From Trichoplax sp. H2 (lineage: Eukaryota), in the NCBI GenBank assembly GCA_003344405.1, contig NOWV01000157.1, positions 62,001-126,000 of the forward strand: a stretch of 64,000 nt of DNA. The letters run 5' to 3'. Below the pieces are notes generated by a model. That model had not been told where the DNA came from. It did not search any database and saw only the letters and a list, made by a program, of their open reading frames with translations. Below, one piece after another: positions 37,101 to 56,907 of this stretch. Position 1 is the stretch's first letter, and every line of letters begins with the position of its first letter. The translations under genes and the position numbers were made by a program.

Positions 37101-38472
37101 GCTCAGTTGTATAATTCTACTTCTTAATAGTAATTGAAGAGAAGAACATTCGTCTAAAACTAAGCATAACGGATACTCCAGGTTTTGGAGATCACGTTAA
37201 CAATGTTAAATGGTAAGACATCTATATAGGCTTTTAAAGTAATTTACAGAAGTCTTTATCACTTAATAGTAATCTATTTACGAACTTTACGTCCATAGCT
37301 GGGAGCCGATTATAAAGTACATTAATGATCAGTATCAGCATTACCTAAGTGAAGAGAGACGTATTGAACGTAAACCTCGAATTCCAGACACAAGAATTCA
37401 CTGTGTAATCTATTTTATTGCTCCAACTGGACATAGGTATACAATATTACGTTGTAAGCGTAGAACATAGTTGAGATACAACAATAAATAATCTGACAGC
37501 AATATTTGCTATGTACCAAAATTTCAGCCTTAGAGCTATTGATGTTGAATGTTTAAAGCGATTGGTAAAAGTTGTAAACGTGATTCCAGTTATCGCTAAA
37601 GCCGATAGCTTGACCTTGGAAGAAAGACAGGCGTTTAAAAATAGGGTTTGTATCACTATGTGCAATCATGAAGAAGTTGGTAAAAAGTCTCATCCAGTGT
37701 AGAGTACAAATCGGATAACCTATGCTGGTATTATCATCTAATATAGATTCGTAATGACTTTGAGAGAAATGGCATTTCTAAACTGTATCCAATGCTTCAT
37801 AAAGGCCTTGAAGAAGATGAATTCCAGAAAAATAAGGCCATTAAGGTATAATTTTGCTAAATTCAGTGTTTAATCAAGTCAATATGGAAGGATTTTCATG
37901 TTACTTTTTTCTTCGTTAGTTGGAATCCAATTTGCGTTTGCATTGTAATCATTCTTTTTTATACCATAGAATCAACTACCATTTGCTGTGGTTGGTAGTG
38001 ATCAATTTATGTCCATTAAAGGAACACCAGTCTTAGCTAGGAAAACTAGATGGGGCACTATTGAAGGTAACCAATGTCATCAGTTACTGGTATGGATTAA
38101 CTATAGAGGATTAATGAGATCTGATTCGAGTGCTTTTGGTTCATTTCTCTTACAGTTGAAAATCCAAGTCACAATGAATTTCCTCAATTTCGTGATATGC
38201 TTCTCAGGTATTGCTAACGTATTATAATGTCAATATTTGAGGATAGCGCTCTACTATTTCCATTACAATCTACTGATCAAACGTTATTTTAAGGCGTAGT
38301 GGGATGGCAAAATTGTCATCATTTACTTACTAATTATAACTACTATTAATAAAAACTTTTGGTTTATTTTGATAGGACTCACTTACATGATTTGATAGAT
38401 ACAACTGCTGAAGTTTACTATGAGCATTATCGTCGCAATCAACTTCAACTTGTGCAAGACGGTGATTCCTAG
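34199..38472 (+). CDS. Septin of the SEPT3/9/12 group (no C-terminal coiled coil) with an N-terminal EF-hand-like extension, 11 exons
   Basis: Exons 34199-34226, 36410-36565, 36681-36854, 36926-37057, 37131-37212, 37299-37436, 37528-37645, 37747-37845, 37970-38067, 38156-38207, 38376-38472. Motifs FNIMIVGSSGLGKST, DTPGFGD, IPDTRIHC, AKAD, PFAVVGS, RWGTIE, YYEHYRR. The septin core is certain; the first two exons are inferred from phase continuity. Confidence 0.93.
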
Positions 38473-39753
38473 ATCTTGCTTATTTTTATATGAAATACAT
38501 TTATAAATTATCTAAGATTAATTCTCTTCCTAGTTTTTGTTTGTTTTTACTAAGGCTGTTAATATAAGCAAGGGTATAGCAGCCCTATAGACCTTTTGCT
38601 ATCATTATCAGAAATTATAACAAAATAATTTGCATTTTTGAAATGTGGTGTACGTTATAACCCAAACTACCGTAAATTGTTTATAATGGTACAGTAGTAT
38701 GATGTGAGTCAATTGATGTTGGGGTCTCACGAAGTAGTGTACGTATATAACATAACATTGTCCTTGATGACTTTTACACTGTATTTTTTCCTAGTTGAAT
38801 CAGTAAGTACAGTATTATGAATTTAGTAATGAAAGTCACAAGTGCAGCTCTATGTAGCTATCGTAGTTAGTAAAAATGTGTATGACTATTTTTAATTATA
38901 ACATGATTGATATTACTGCAGCGCTTACTCGCGACTATAAGTTTCTTAACCAATTAAAATGTATATTATAATTATTTGACGAGAAGTTATTTTGATTACG
39001 TAAGCAGACTTTTATAATGATACATTCATTACTGGTGATTGTCCTCTTTTGTTTAGGTATTTCCATACTTTTATGCAAACTAACTGTGGAAGTGTTAACT
39101 TCCCATTCGTTCAGATAAAACACGTACATAAGTCAAATAATTTGCTTTGCGATTAATAGTTGAAATGTATCAAAATTTCAATCGCTGTTGCTAATGCAGA
39201 ATAAAGCACTGGTGTAGGGCTTCATCATTTTGAAATAGGTATATACTGTGCTATAAGAGAGTAAGTTGATACTCTTTCTGGTAGTAGCAATGGTAAAGTT
39301 AGTAACCACAAGAGTAAGCCAATTTTATCATTCCATTCCTAGTAATGAAATATTTGTGAATTATTCAAGATATGTACAAACTTTACAATAACATCTTGAG
39401 GAATCTACAATGAATTTAAAGAGAATTTACGAAATGCACCCAAGAAACAATTTACAGTAAATGCTTTTCGGTAGAGTATTGCATAACACCCCTCAAGGCA
39501 CGTGTAGGAAAATTGCATACAAGGATTATGCATTTGCGTACACTGTATCACCTGTAACTACTGGAGCGATCGTTATGAAGCTCGTTACGGGTTTCGCAAT
39601 TACAAATTTAGGCATATTTCATTAATTCGATTTTAATGGGATTATGGACAGGAGTTGCGTACACTAGACAGAACAGTGGACACATTACATTACCGTTATG
39701 CATTTATTATCGAGCGTTCGTTACCCAAATAGAATGCACGTACTTTGGCTAAG

Positions 39754-40783
39754 GTAAACAAATAACAAATCAATAATATTTGACATTTCGTAAATAAGAT
39801 TAACCAAGCTGGTTGTGTTGATGCAAAACATTGACGTATCATTTTTAGACTTTACACTTAGTGAATGATCTACTGCATTATACTTTGCTTCACATTAAAA
39901 GATTATATTTTATAAGTGCCAGTTTATGGAGCGATACTGTATACTAACTGAACCATTCGTTTTTCCTCAGTACAGTAGTGTTAATTTGGAGATGATTCTG
40001 ATTTAATTTACTACTATACTGTATTTGTTTACTGTTTACGCTGTTTAATTAGCGCACAATGAGCATTACGGTTTGCACATTGCTGCAGGCCTACAGTGAG
40101 GCTTAACAGTTACCAGTAGTATTGCAAATCACAGTGCACAATACAGTACTGTATAACCAGTATCTGCCTTGGCCTGTACTGCAGTACTGTATTGTATTGC
40201 CATCTTGTTGAACTTGTATTCAGTAGTACATCGATGGATTTTATTTTTGTTCAATTATCAGCTCTCAGCTGTTACTGCTTTACTAAACGGCCAGTTCAGT
40301 GCTACTGTTACCTTAACAAGTTGAAAACCTGTTCATGTAATAGATAATTAGAATTATAGATGCACCGTATGGTTGGTCAGTCTGCTTTCACAGCATACTC
40401 GTATAACAACACCATCACCACCATTGGTATTGCAGTGTGACCATGTATTTAAGACGTTATTAAGACGATGATCTACAGTGATACAGTGCTACACTGTAAT
40501 GCAGTTTGGCACGGTAGAATACTGTAGATGACCAGAAAATTCGATATTTATGGACGGTGAATTTTCAAGATTAATCTAGTACAATCTACCGTAGACCCTG
40601 GTAGGATAAGAAGGTTTAAACTTGTAAACAAGGACTTGTAATGATTAATGACATCTACTAGCTCGTGGCATCGTGGGGCTAATTTCTTTTTAGGAACCAT
40701 ACTGGGTTAGCCCTCTTAATTACAAGTCCCGACTAGTCCCTGCTTAAACTACAGTACAGTATACAGCACAACGGTTGTAAACA
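39754..40783. promoter_or_regulatory. Cluster of forkhead sites (GTAAACA/TGTTTAC) upstream of FoxK
   Basis: Exact sites at 39754, 40026, 40033, 40624 and 40777. Confidence 0.5.
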
Positions 40784-40806
40784 GATTGAATAAACTGAAC
40801 CATTTT

Positions 40807-40845
40807 AATATTATTATTATTATTATTATAATATTATTATATTAT
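40807..40845. repeat. Imperfect (ATT)n microsatellite
   Basis: Visible AT-only run of ATT units. Confidence 0.8.
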
Positions 40846-40909
40846 TTTTTGATTATATATTTTTTTATATTTATCGTACAGTATTTGTTTTCTTTCTTTT
40901 GTTTAGATC

Positions 40910-41220
40910 AGCCCAGTACAGTACTGTACTGTACAGTACACAATACAATATTGTACTAGACCGTCCAGTGTACATTGTACTGTAACTTACAGTACTTTTT
41001 TGATTCTTTTACAAAACATTGCTGAAACTACAGTACTGTATTGTACAGTACAGCGTACTGTAGCCAACTGCTGCTGGTGCACTCCTGATGCTCTGTCAAT
41101 GCCGAGCCAAGTTTCAATTAATATGAAGTACTGTACAGTACTTACCACTCGCACAGACTGTAAAACGTACTGTAAACTTGTACTGTAAAAGTATACAGTA
41201 CACTGTACTGTACATACAAC
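40910..41220. repeat. CAGTA/TACTG pentamer island directly upstream of FoxK
   Basis: Dense GTACAGTACTGTACTGTAC copies ending ~150 bp before the ATG. Confidence 0.85.
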
Positions 41221-41349
41221 CAGCACGTCACGGCTCACAACGTCGAGTTTTGAGACTTCGACCACTTCAACACACGACATCCAACTTGCCCCACCATATC
41301 ACGTTTTACTCTTGACCGCTAGACAATTGCATTGAAGACGTACCCCTGA

Positions 41350-46678
<5,329 letters not shown>

Positions 46679-48749
46679 AAAAAGTTTATATTTGGCTTAA
46701 GAAATATATTTAAACATTATAGTCGTATTCAATACTACAATTTGAATGTTTCATTAATGTTAATTTGTGAAAGTTTCTAACGCATAGTTAATTAACGTCA
46801 AACGATCAAATCATGTTAACAGCTACGAGGCTAGGTATCTATAAATATTTCAAATTTGGACATGCATTAACTAATAATAGGAGTTAAAGAAATTTTTTTT
46901 ATCATCAATATCTCCATCGGAAGATCACATGAAATTTTGCGAAATACTATATTGTATGTCAATGTCAGCAATCTTATAGGTCTTTATTTGTAATATTATT
47001 CAAGCTATCATAAATTACCGTAATATCTCGATTAATAATCACGTCAAATGTTTGGTTATCTTGCCGAATATTGGAACATCACTTAAAGATAATACAGCAT
47101 TAAAATATTCTGTTGACTATTCTGCTTGTGTGTGGAATAGTCTGAAATTCCATATTTGAGCACTCTTCGTTCTGTATATTGGCTTATTTAGCGTCAGCCA
47201 AGAGATTTTTTTGTCTGTAGTTGTAAATACAATACACAACATACTGTTTGTACTGCTTACCATATATCTATGTACAGTTGGCTTGTTTTAGCTATTATTA
47301 ATTTACAACAATATTGTACTATCCATTGCCTTTGCTTGGGTATCTAAAATGAAATTTCAAATGACTAGCCTGCTGGTCCTTAGAGTCGGTAGACGTCCAG
47401 CTATGTTTGTACGTACCTGATAAAACGTACTTTGGACGCATGCTTATGAATTTAGAGTATTACACTATTATTGATCGAGTGATCGTTACTAAATTAAAAA
47501 TATCCAATTTTTTCTCCATCTTTTGTTGTATAATCAGTACGGCATATCTGTATCTACAGTATGTAATTTTACTTTTAGTCATTTATAGCGCTAATTTACT
47601 GCTTTAAATTGGCTCAAATTTACTTTTACGCTTACTGTACAGTATTACTGTAGATATCCTAAAATTGTATTGACTGTGGTAATAATTTTTACACTTCATG
47701 CCCTCAAGTTTTTACCTTTAAAGATCAATATGAGGCATTACATGATTGCTTCTGTGAATCGATTTGCATGTATTGCAATGCTACGAAAATATTACACCAA
47801 TAATTTCTAATTACTTTACTATAGTGTTAATTATGTAAGTTATTTACGAGATATCCTATATGAGCGGGATCAATGCTTCTACGAGTATATTGGAGGGGCT
47901 GGGACGTACTGTACACTGCTACTGCATAAAATTAGCGATACTAAATGATAATATTTCTTAGAAGATGTCGCTCTCGTGACACATTATGCAAATACTAAAT
48001 ACTGTATCTTGACAGATGTATGTTACTGCAGTCTTTTCGAGAATCGACCATTGCAGTATTCAGTGTACATGTTATTCACTGCAGTGGAAAATGCGAATTG
48101 CTCCTCCAGTAGTCATTGCACGGTATTTTCAATCCAATTTTTCAGGTCTCTAGTTTCTACTGCTGCTTTGCAAAGGATTTTTCGATACGAAGATTTACAG
48201 TAGCTATCGAATGTGTAAGCAACTTTCTACATTTAATTTACTGCAAAGTATACAAATTGTACCGGTAGACATTCTACAAATCGGCCATTGAAGTTTGCAC
48301 TATGTTGTATAACATCCTGTTACCGCCCAAGTACGAAATCCAGTCAATTTGCAAAAGCTATACATCTTGTATCATTAACCGATACAAATATTTCAAGGTT
48401 AATGTTCAGTGTAACAGTAAATGTCATAATCATAGAACTTGTCAAAATAAATAATAATTTTCATAATCAGAACATTATTAATTCAATAATAGCTACTTCA
48501 TTGATAATAGTATCTCGAAATGTTTGGCAATTCCACGTTACATATATATTGATAATTTGAATTAGTTTATTATTATAATAGTTACTAATATAATCATCCA
48601 AGAAATAGAGATTCTCTGATTTTATGAGGAATATTACTGCTTGAATAAATGTCGTTTCTCTGATTTACGTCTATTGGAATTTTTTCAGTTTGCCAACTGA
48701 CTAGGCATTTCGCAAATACACTGAACTTCGTATTCAAACGGGTATATAT

Positions 48750-48942
48750 TAGCCAGAAGCATTTTGCATCCATTACTTTGTACACTTGGTTTAAGCTGTC
48801 CTACTGATACATTAGACATATATTGACATATCTAAGAAAAAAAAAAATCAAGAAATCGTCCAATCTCACGCAATATCTACTCTAGAAGCAAGACAGCTTC
48901 AACAAAGTGTGCAAAGAAATGGATGCAAAATGCTTCTGGCTA
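48750..48942. mobile_element. 51-bp inverted repeat with a 91-bp spacer (MITE-like or hairpin RNA)
   Basis: 48750-48800 versus the reverse complement of 48892-48942: 47/51 identical; both outer ends are TA. The inverted repeat is certain; its mobile origin is inferred. Confidence 0.55.
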
Positions 48943-49742
48943 GTAGATATCCATGACAAGAGTAACGTCGACTATCTTAGTTCAGTATCGGACACAATTC
49001 TCCCTATAATTTATACGGTGATGGACTGCTTCATGGTACAGAATACAGTAGAGTAATTTATATCAGCTGGCTTTGAATTTTGTAACAGGAAGTTGGCGGG
49101 AAATTTCTGCCACTGTAGCAATTTGTATCCATAGACTGAATGTGCAGACGGTACAGTATGATATAGACTTAGACCGAGGATCGGTCCGGTTCGGTTCAAG
49201 TAGACGTACTGTACCGGTAGAGGTGAGCAGCCTGGGTTGAAGTGTGTCAGTTGACCTCCGTACTACGATGCAATCGTCAGCAACAAGTTCGTCTTCAAAT
49301 TCTCCATCTTCTCAATGAAAAAATGGGAAAATGAAGGATTAATCCCAGGAAGAAACAAGTTGAATGAATAAAACAGATCCTGTACTAATTGATAATATTA
49401 TTAGCCAGAGTAATTACAGTCAAAGGGAAGAAAAGAGAAGATAGACAGTAGAGTAATCTCATTCTTACAATACGAGTATACAGGTAAAATAACGACGGAT
49501 GCAATGTTATTGTCAGTGAATTTTTTTCTGAAAGTTGGCTTGAATCATTTACTCGTTTTGGATATACTTCCTTTTACCCATTTTCAATTAATTCTAGCCA
49601 TAAATAGGATGGTTATTGATTTAAAACGGTATAGCGGAGGGTCTTTTACAATATTACCTCGAATTATACTGAAACTATTGCATGATCTTGATCTACTGTA
49701 GATACCATTTAATGAAAGAAAAAGAAACTACAAATCGTAACC

Positions 49743-52700
49743 ATGTCAATATCACTCGAGGATGAAATTGATCAGTTTTATCAGCAGCAAAACGAAGAAG
49801 ACTTTGAAAAACGCTTTGAAGATGAATTTGAAGTGATGAAAGAAGTAGAAGGTTAGTCAAAAATGGATATGCGTCATTGAAATCGATTTGATATGTCTTG
49901 CTACCTCCTACGTATTGCACTCCATGGTGGGGTATTCAACAGGTCTTTTGGTATAGCAATGGCTTTGTCTCATAATAATGTGGTTACTAGATATTATAAG
50001 TGGCATTTTGTAGGCAATAGTCGTTCCTATTCTATAAAATTTTACAATCTTGAATGAATATAACACTGCTGTATACTTAATTCACCTATAAGTAAGCAAA
50101 AAACTGAAGTGACTTATCTATAATAGGTCATTTTAATGGATGATCTTGTCTGTAATAAATTACCAATAATTAATACGGTAGTCGTTTTATGAACTACTAT
50201 TCTATAAATGGCATTGATCAGCCCATAGTCGTTCTCATTCTATAAAATATTGGAGTTTAGACATCATAGAATGACTACGGTATGTTCATTGCACCTGATG
50301 TCTAAGCCTTTTAAAAAGAACTGTTATAAACTACATGCATTATTAATATATTTTCGATTGATACAATAAGCGGTGTGGATTATATCGCCTTTATCAGCTA
50401 GATAAGTTACGGTATATTGCTGTGGTGTTGATGACACTAGCTAGCAATCACAAAAGAGTCACCATGCCATCGATTCCTATTTTCGAATACACTTATCATT
50501 TATGGCAAATAAAACATTTTCATACTGTAAAGGAGATCATAGCGGATTGATTTGCTAATAATTCCTGGTTTTTCCAATAATGTAGCGAATCAGGATGAAA
50601 ATGAGCCAAAGTCAAAACGTAAGCTCTCATACGACCAACCATTAGTTGATGAATCGAGTTCAAACCAGCAAAGTTCATTTTCATTGCCAGGTAATAATAT
50701 ATTTGGAGCTGGCTACAATTTTACAAACCTATGCTAAATTAATTGTTGTATTAATAATGCTGTTGAATCCCATTTCATTTGTTACGCTGACTGAAAATCT
50801 TTTCAGCATCTACAAACTATTTATACTGTAGCAATAAATACTAAACTACAACTTACACGTTAGAATTGAAGAAAAGCAAGAATTCAACAACGACAGATAA
50901 TGTTGAAGCTACTGATACCCACCACTGCCATTCTCCGTTAGCATCTGAAATTGATCAAAATATTCCTAATGTAGTATCTATACCATTGATTGGAAGCGAA
51001 TGGTTGCCTGTTACTGGTAGCGATGGTAGGAGAGTTTATGTTCGGTTTAAAAAAAGTGACACCGATAATTTTGGCAGTCCACTGCTAGCAAGTCGGAATC
51101 ATTCGAAAGGGCAACTAATTTCACCATCAGGACAGTTACAATTATTATCAACTCCATTTAGTATCTTAAGGGATCAAGTAGAAGAAATGGTAAGTTAACC
51201 GTACACAATTTGCAAAATTCAGTTAAGATAGTTCTGTTCTACTTCATTCTAACCTTACACATCCAATATTGTATATCTAATAGAGACTTAAGAAATTATT
51301 GAATACGACCAATACTGAAGCGGAACCTAGCAAAATGTTTGTATTACTACGTTTTTATCTTTATTTCGTAACAATAAGTAAGAGATGATCGTAATAATAG
51401 TATTAACGCAGAATTAATGATCATTTTTCACATATTTATAAAAAAGTGTTTAAATTTATTATTTAATTGTAGGGAAATAGAGGAGGGTGATGCAAATGAT
51501 ACAGATGGTAATGTTAGTCATCAAGACGAAAAGCAGAAATCAAAAGCAATGGTATCATTATGGGTTGATAAATATTCTCCGCATCATTATAGAGAATTAC
51601 TTAGTGATCATGTAAGGCAATAGCGTTAACAGACATTTATTCTTGTTTATGTAGAATAGGCATTATCATTGCTGCCTTGACGCTATAAAATTACTATTCG
51701 TATCAAATAATTTATAATAATGAAATCAGCCATTAAATTTATGCCTTGGGCTTGTGATTAGCGCAATATCTGATACTACAGTAACTATTTAATGTTTCAA
51801 ATATTGATAGCCCTCTGCTTATCGTTGCCATTGATCATTTTATCGCACTGTACATAGTCAACAAACCGTAGCTTACTGTCATGGCTAAAATTATGGGATA
51901 AGACTGTTTTTGGCAAAGATTTCAATATTCCTGATGAAACACTTGCAAATCAATTGGTAAAATTTGCGCTAAAGTTTACCTTTCGAATGTGTATTTTGCT
52001 TCATTGTCTGACATGCTGTTCAAAATAAATTCATAGGCCGTCGACACTCAAAATCGTCCTTTAAAGAAGGTTTGATAAGATAAAGTGATGCTAATGAACG
52101 GTAGTTCGTGAATACAAAAGATGTGGCACTGTAAGAAAAAATTAAAGTACTGCTTTACTTATGCCTTAGGTCGCGTTACTTTGTGGGCCTCCAGGATTAG
52201 GTAAAACGACACTTGCTCACGTCATTGCTAGACACGCTGGATATAATGTATTAGAGATGAATGCTAGGTCAGTTTATGCAAATTAAACAAAGATTGAGCT
52301 CATTTTAGTACATATCTGGCATATGTTGTATTTAACTTATAATCTTTTACAACATATACAGCGATGATCGCTCTGTGGAAATATTTCGCCAAAGAATTGA
52401 ATCAGCTACTCAAATGCATTCAATTAGTGGAGATGAAAAGGGATTGCCTAATTGCTTACTGATTGACGAAATTGATGGGGCTCCAACCGTAAGTTGGAGC
52501 GTTTTTCTTTTAATTAAGGATTAATGTATCGCCTGAACAAAAATTGTGCTATTTATTTTTTACGGCTATAATTTTATCTTGATTTATTTAATCGTTACAA
52601 TATTATAATTGTAGGCGTCTGTGGAGGTGTTGATCAAATTTATAAGGAACACTGAGAATGGTAATAAAGTTGATCATACCTTTGACGTTATCTATAATAT

Positions 52701-55700
52701 CACTTTATAGCTTACTCGGCTAATTCTAACCTTGAATAATGATAGCTAAAGTAAAGAAGAAATCGAAAGGGCATCAAAATATTCTGTCTCGACCGATTAT
52801 TTGTATTTGTAATGACCAGTAAGTTAATATAACCTTTACTGTTACAAATGTTTTAGATATGAGCTTAGAATATCTGATGTAATTTTCGACAACTAGATAT
52901 GTTCCATCATTGCGCCAGCTGAGACAGCACGCTTTGGTGATTACATTTCCTCCAACATCTACAAACAGATTAGCAGGAAGATTGCAAGATGTAAATAAAA
53001 TCTTACAAAACCTTCTTTGACTTCTGAAGGACTTGTTGTAACTAAATACTTCTCCCCTGACATTAACTGCTGTTGTCTTATGTTTTCTAGATATGTCGAA
53101 AGGAAAAATTACTGACTGACTTGTTTGCTTTATCAGCTCTTTGTTCAAAAGCTGAAAATGATATTAGGTCATGCATTAATACGTTACAGGTACTTTTAAT
53201 ACGATGCTTGAGCAAGCTTAACTGTCATTGATTTATCAAATTGTAAATAATTATGATTTGTGCTAAATTTTCACTCGTAGTTCTTGCAACGACAATCTAA
53301 TCGATTCTCTACGGATATGGTGCATACTATTCGAATTGGTCAGAAAGATCAAAAGGGCAGTTTATTTGATTTATGGAAAAATATATTCCGTCAGAAAAAG
53401 GACAGGTTTGTTAGATATATCTTTCAAGGGACTCCAATTTCAGTGATCTTGATGATTTGTTACTTAACCATTGTAGGTCGTTTAGCGCGCCGGTATTTAA
53501 TGGTCAAATTGAAAAAGAGGCGGATCATCTTTCTTACTATCCAAGTAATATTATTCATATTGATATGCAGTCCAAATTTTAGTTTAATTCAATAATTTCG
53601 TTATCAAAACCAGATCATACCCCTAGAATGTCATCGACCGCGAAAAGATTTTATAACATATTAAATTTAACTATGAAGGCTGGAGAATATGATAAATTGA
53701 TGCAAGGTAAGTTACATAATGTTTGCATAGATTAGGTGTATTGTAAATGTGAAAGATTTCTAAAGGAGGGACTTTTAAAATATGAAAGAGTGTTGTGTAC
53801 CAGATAAGCATCTAATAAAATCAAATTTTAAGGATACTGTATCTTTTTGCTTTCTTTAACTTAGGTTTATTTGAAAACTATCTAAATATTAAGTTCAAGG
53901 ATAGATACTTAACGTTGGTAAGAATACGTGCACAATATAAAATATGATTTCGTTTGACCTGTAGGATGTTAATTAACTTATGAGTTATTCGTGTGAAAAA
54001 TCTCAATAAGGCATGTATGCTGCTTTACTGTCGCCAACTTGATTAAGCTATTAGATGATCCGCGATATCATCAGTAAATGTGACAAGAATTGAGCCTAGA
54101 GTCAGTAACGCTAATCAAAGAATTTTCTTCTTGCAGACTGCAGACGCTTGTGATTGGCTATGTAATATGGACCTTATGACCGAAACAATGCATCATTTAC
54201 AAGAATTTCAACTAATGAGATATTTACCCTATGTAGCGGTTTTCTTTCACTTAAATTGTTCAAGCCATCAATTTGCCAGGATTTTCTATCCTAATAGTGA
54301 ATTTGAGGTGGCGCACTAAAAAAGTTCATACGTTATAAGCTTATTAAAATTTGCGTATCACTGCTTAGACGTTCTTGAGACCTTAAATAATTTGTAGCCT
54401 TTTTTTTTTAGTTTTCTCAAAAAATCAGAAGAATTAATTATCTAGTTTTAAACGTAATGGGAGAAGTTTCTCCAACCATACGGCGGAATTTATTTGTCAG
54501 TGAAGTCGTAATGTATTTGTTACCGTCATTACTGGAAATTCTTTCTCCTGCAGGATTAGCGGTGAGTAACAAATTTAATTTTTAAACTACAAGATGAAAT
54601 TTCGAACTTGCTAATTGACGTTCTTTTCATATATGTAAATTATAGAACAACGCACAGTTACACAGTCAAGCGGATAAAGAGCAATTACTTCGCGTCGTTA
54701 ATGCAATGATATCATATAACTTATCCTATCAGCAGATAAGGAACAGCGATGGACAGTATAACTATCTATTCGAGCCGTTAGTATAATTAAAGTTGTATAC
54801 GAGATACGAATGTTAACCAACAAACTTATTCACTTAAACATAAACATATTATTTAGGCCAATTGACGAGGTTATCCATTACCCTGGACAAACACAGCAAA
54901 AACAGTTGTCTTATAACATCAAGCAAATTATTGCTCAGCAGGTTATCGAGTATAAAGCGATTTATAAATTATTCAGAAAGTAACCATTGATTGCATAGAT
55001 TTCTGCTGCTGATCTATTGGTCCTATAAATCAAATTTTATTGCTAGGTTGAACACGGTAAACTAAAATGGCATGCAAATGAAATTAATGAACTAGAGTAA
55101 GTCATAAAAATTGTTTTTAATAGATTTTCGTTATCATACTGAGAATGCTTCTGTGTATTTACTATGGAATTGAAGTTATTAGCAATCGATGAAAATAAGT
55201 ATATATATATATATATATAAGGACAGTGCAATTGTTGCAGCAATGTTATATTCTTCATGGTTTTTTGCCTAGAATCTTATCTTATTGACTATTTAACCAT
55301 ATAATAGTAAGCAGCAACCCTTAAGTAAAGAATTGAAACGAGATATAGTCAATACTAAGCGTATGCCACCGAAAGAATCTAAAATTGCTGAAATATTGAG
55401 TGGTGGCGGAGATCAGGTAACATGTGTTCTATATTATGTGGCTTATCTTTCCTATAATTCCTAACTGCATGCGCTTAAATATATAATGTCGGACGTTTTT
55501 CAGCCATTTGCTAGAAATCAAGATTCGTTTTTGGATGCAGTTTCTGGTACGAAGCAATTCTATATACTGTACTGTGTTTCGTCTTTATTGTTTACTTCTA
55601 ATTGTGCACGTATATATAAATCAATATCCTGGACATAAAGTAATCGTGTAGATATTTTCTTCCGTCACACGTCTACTTTACGAAATGCTTGTAATATGTT

Positions 55701-55958
55701 TATTGTTACAGTATTTTATTGGTAAATATTGATTGTATAATATATGCCAGTACATTTTATAATAGATGACATTTATTATCTTAAGATTGAGAATTTTTCA
55801 CTATCTCAAAATATTCAATAATTTTATAAACATTTTTTATAACAGAATCAGATAATAAGAACCTTCCTGAAGAGCTCAAGGCTTCGTTTTGGTATAGATT
55901 TAATGAAGGGTTCACTAATGCAGTTCGCAGAAATATAAAAATGAAGCATCTTTTATAG
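49743..55958 (+). CDS. CHTF18: Chromosome transmission fidelity factor 18 (RFC-like clamp loader subunit), ~25 coding exons
   Basis: Acidic N-terminus ([19 protein letters not shown]), [17 protein letters not shown], Walker [10 protein letters not shown] (52185-52211), EMNASDDRS, Walker [17 protein letters not shown]-terminal [16 protein letters not shown] 5'UTR intron is likely at 49484-49701. Confidence 0.95.
55200..55219. repeat. (TA)n microsatellite in a CHTF18 intron
   Basis: About 10 TA units. Confidence 0.9.
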
Positions 55959-56907
55959 ATGGCCTCATCATATCATTCATGTGTTAATAAATTATTCCAA
56001 GTTAAATTCTTTTTTACAATTTTGATAGCTATCTAATTGAATTAATGATTATTTTGAACTAGTGTATTCACAGATAATTGCGTATATAATAACTGTAAAT
56101 ATAGTTGTATATCATCAGTAAAAATGATTTGGTTTACAGACGTATGATGTGAAAATTTAATATGTAACATAGTACCAAGTTGATACATATAACATATCGT
56201 TATATTGTAAATAAAGCAAATTATCTAGTACAAATATTGTATAACTTCTATCTGGTTTTGTTGCATGTTTATTTACACGCTGTTTTACCAAAGGATAAAT
56301 TCTTTCTCTCTGCCTTTTGGCGCGCACATACTGCATATATGCCGAAAAATAGAACACAAGTGATAATTTCCTCTTCCAAGTTTTGAATTGTGTAGTACCG
56401 CAATTGAATTGTAACACTGCATGCTACAAGTCCAATTAATTAGTTGTTCTTGAATAGCTCAAAGCCCATCCAGTTGAAGTATAGAATAAAGATAGTTACA
56501 GGAACGACAGTAGGTACCAAGAATGAGAAATAACAAATGGAATAACTAAAACAATTTGAGAGGATTTCCTACAATAACAAAAGGAAAGATAAAAAGAATG
56601 TTACAATAACAAGAAGTAAATACTTTACGTCTATCGCCTACACGAGGCATTTATTGCAGATTGCGGCAGAGAATACATCTAAATGCTAGGTAATTGCTGC
56701 ATAATTATACGACTTATGATTCCTGACAACATTATACGAAGCCATGTACTATAAGCATTCTGTATTGTATTTATTTATTGGGTTAATTAGCTCAAAGTGA
56801 CAAATAAAACGTTATACGCTTCTGTAGGTCAAGGGGAAACAAAGTAACGTACGGCTATTCCCTTAGAAGATTCGTGTTATCATTGAATTTGGTTATTTGT
56901 TAGTGAT

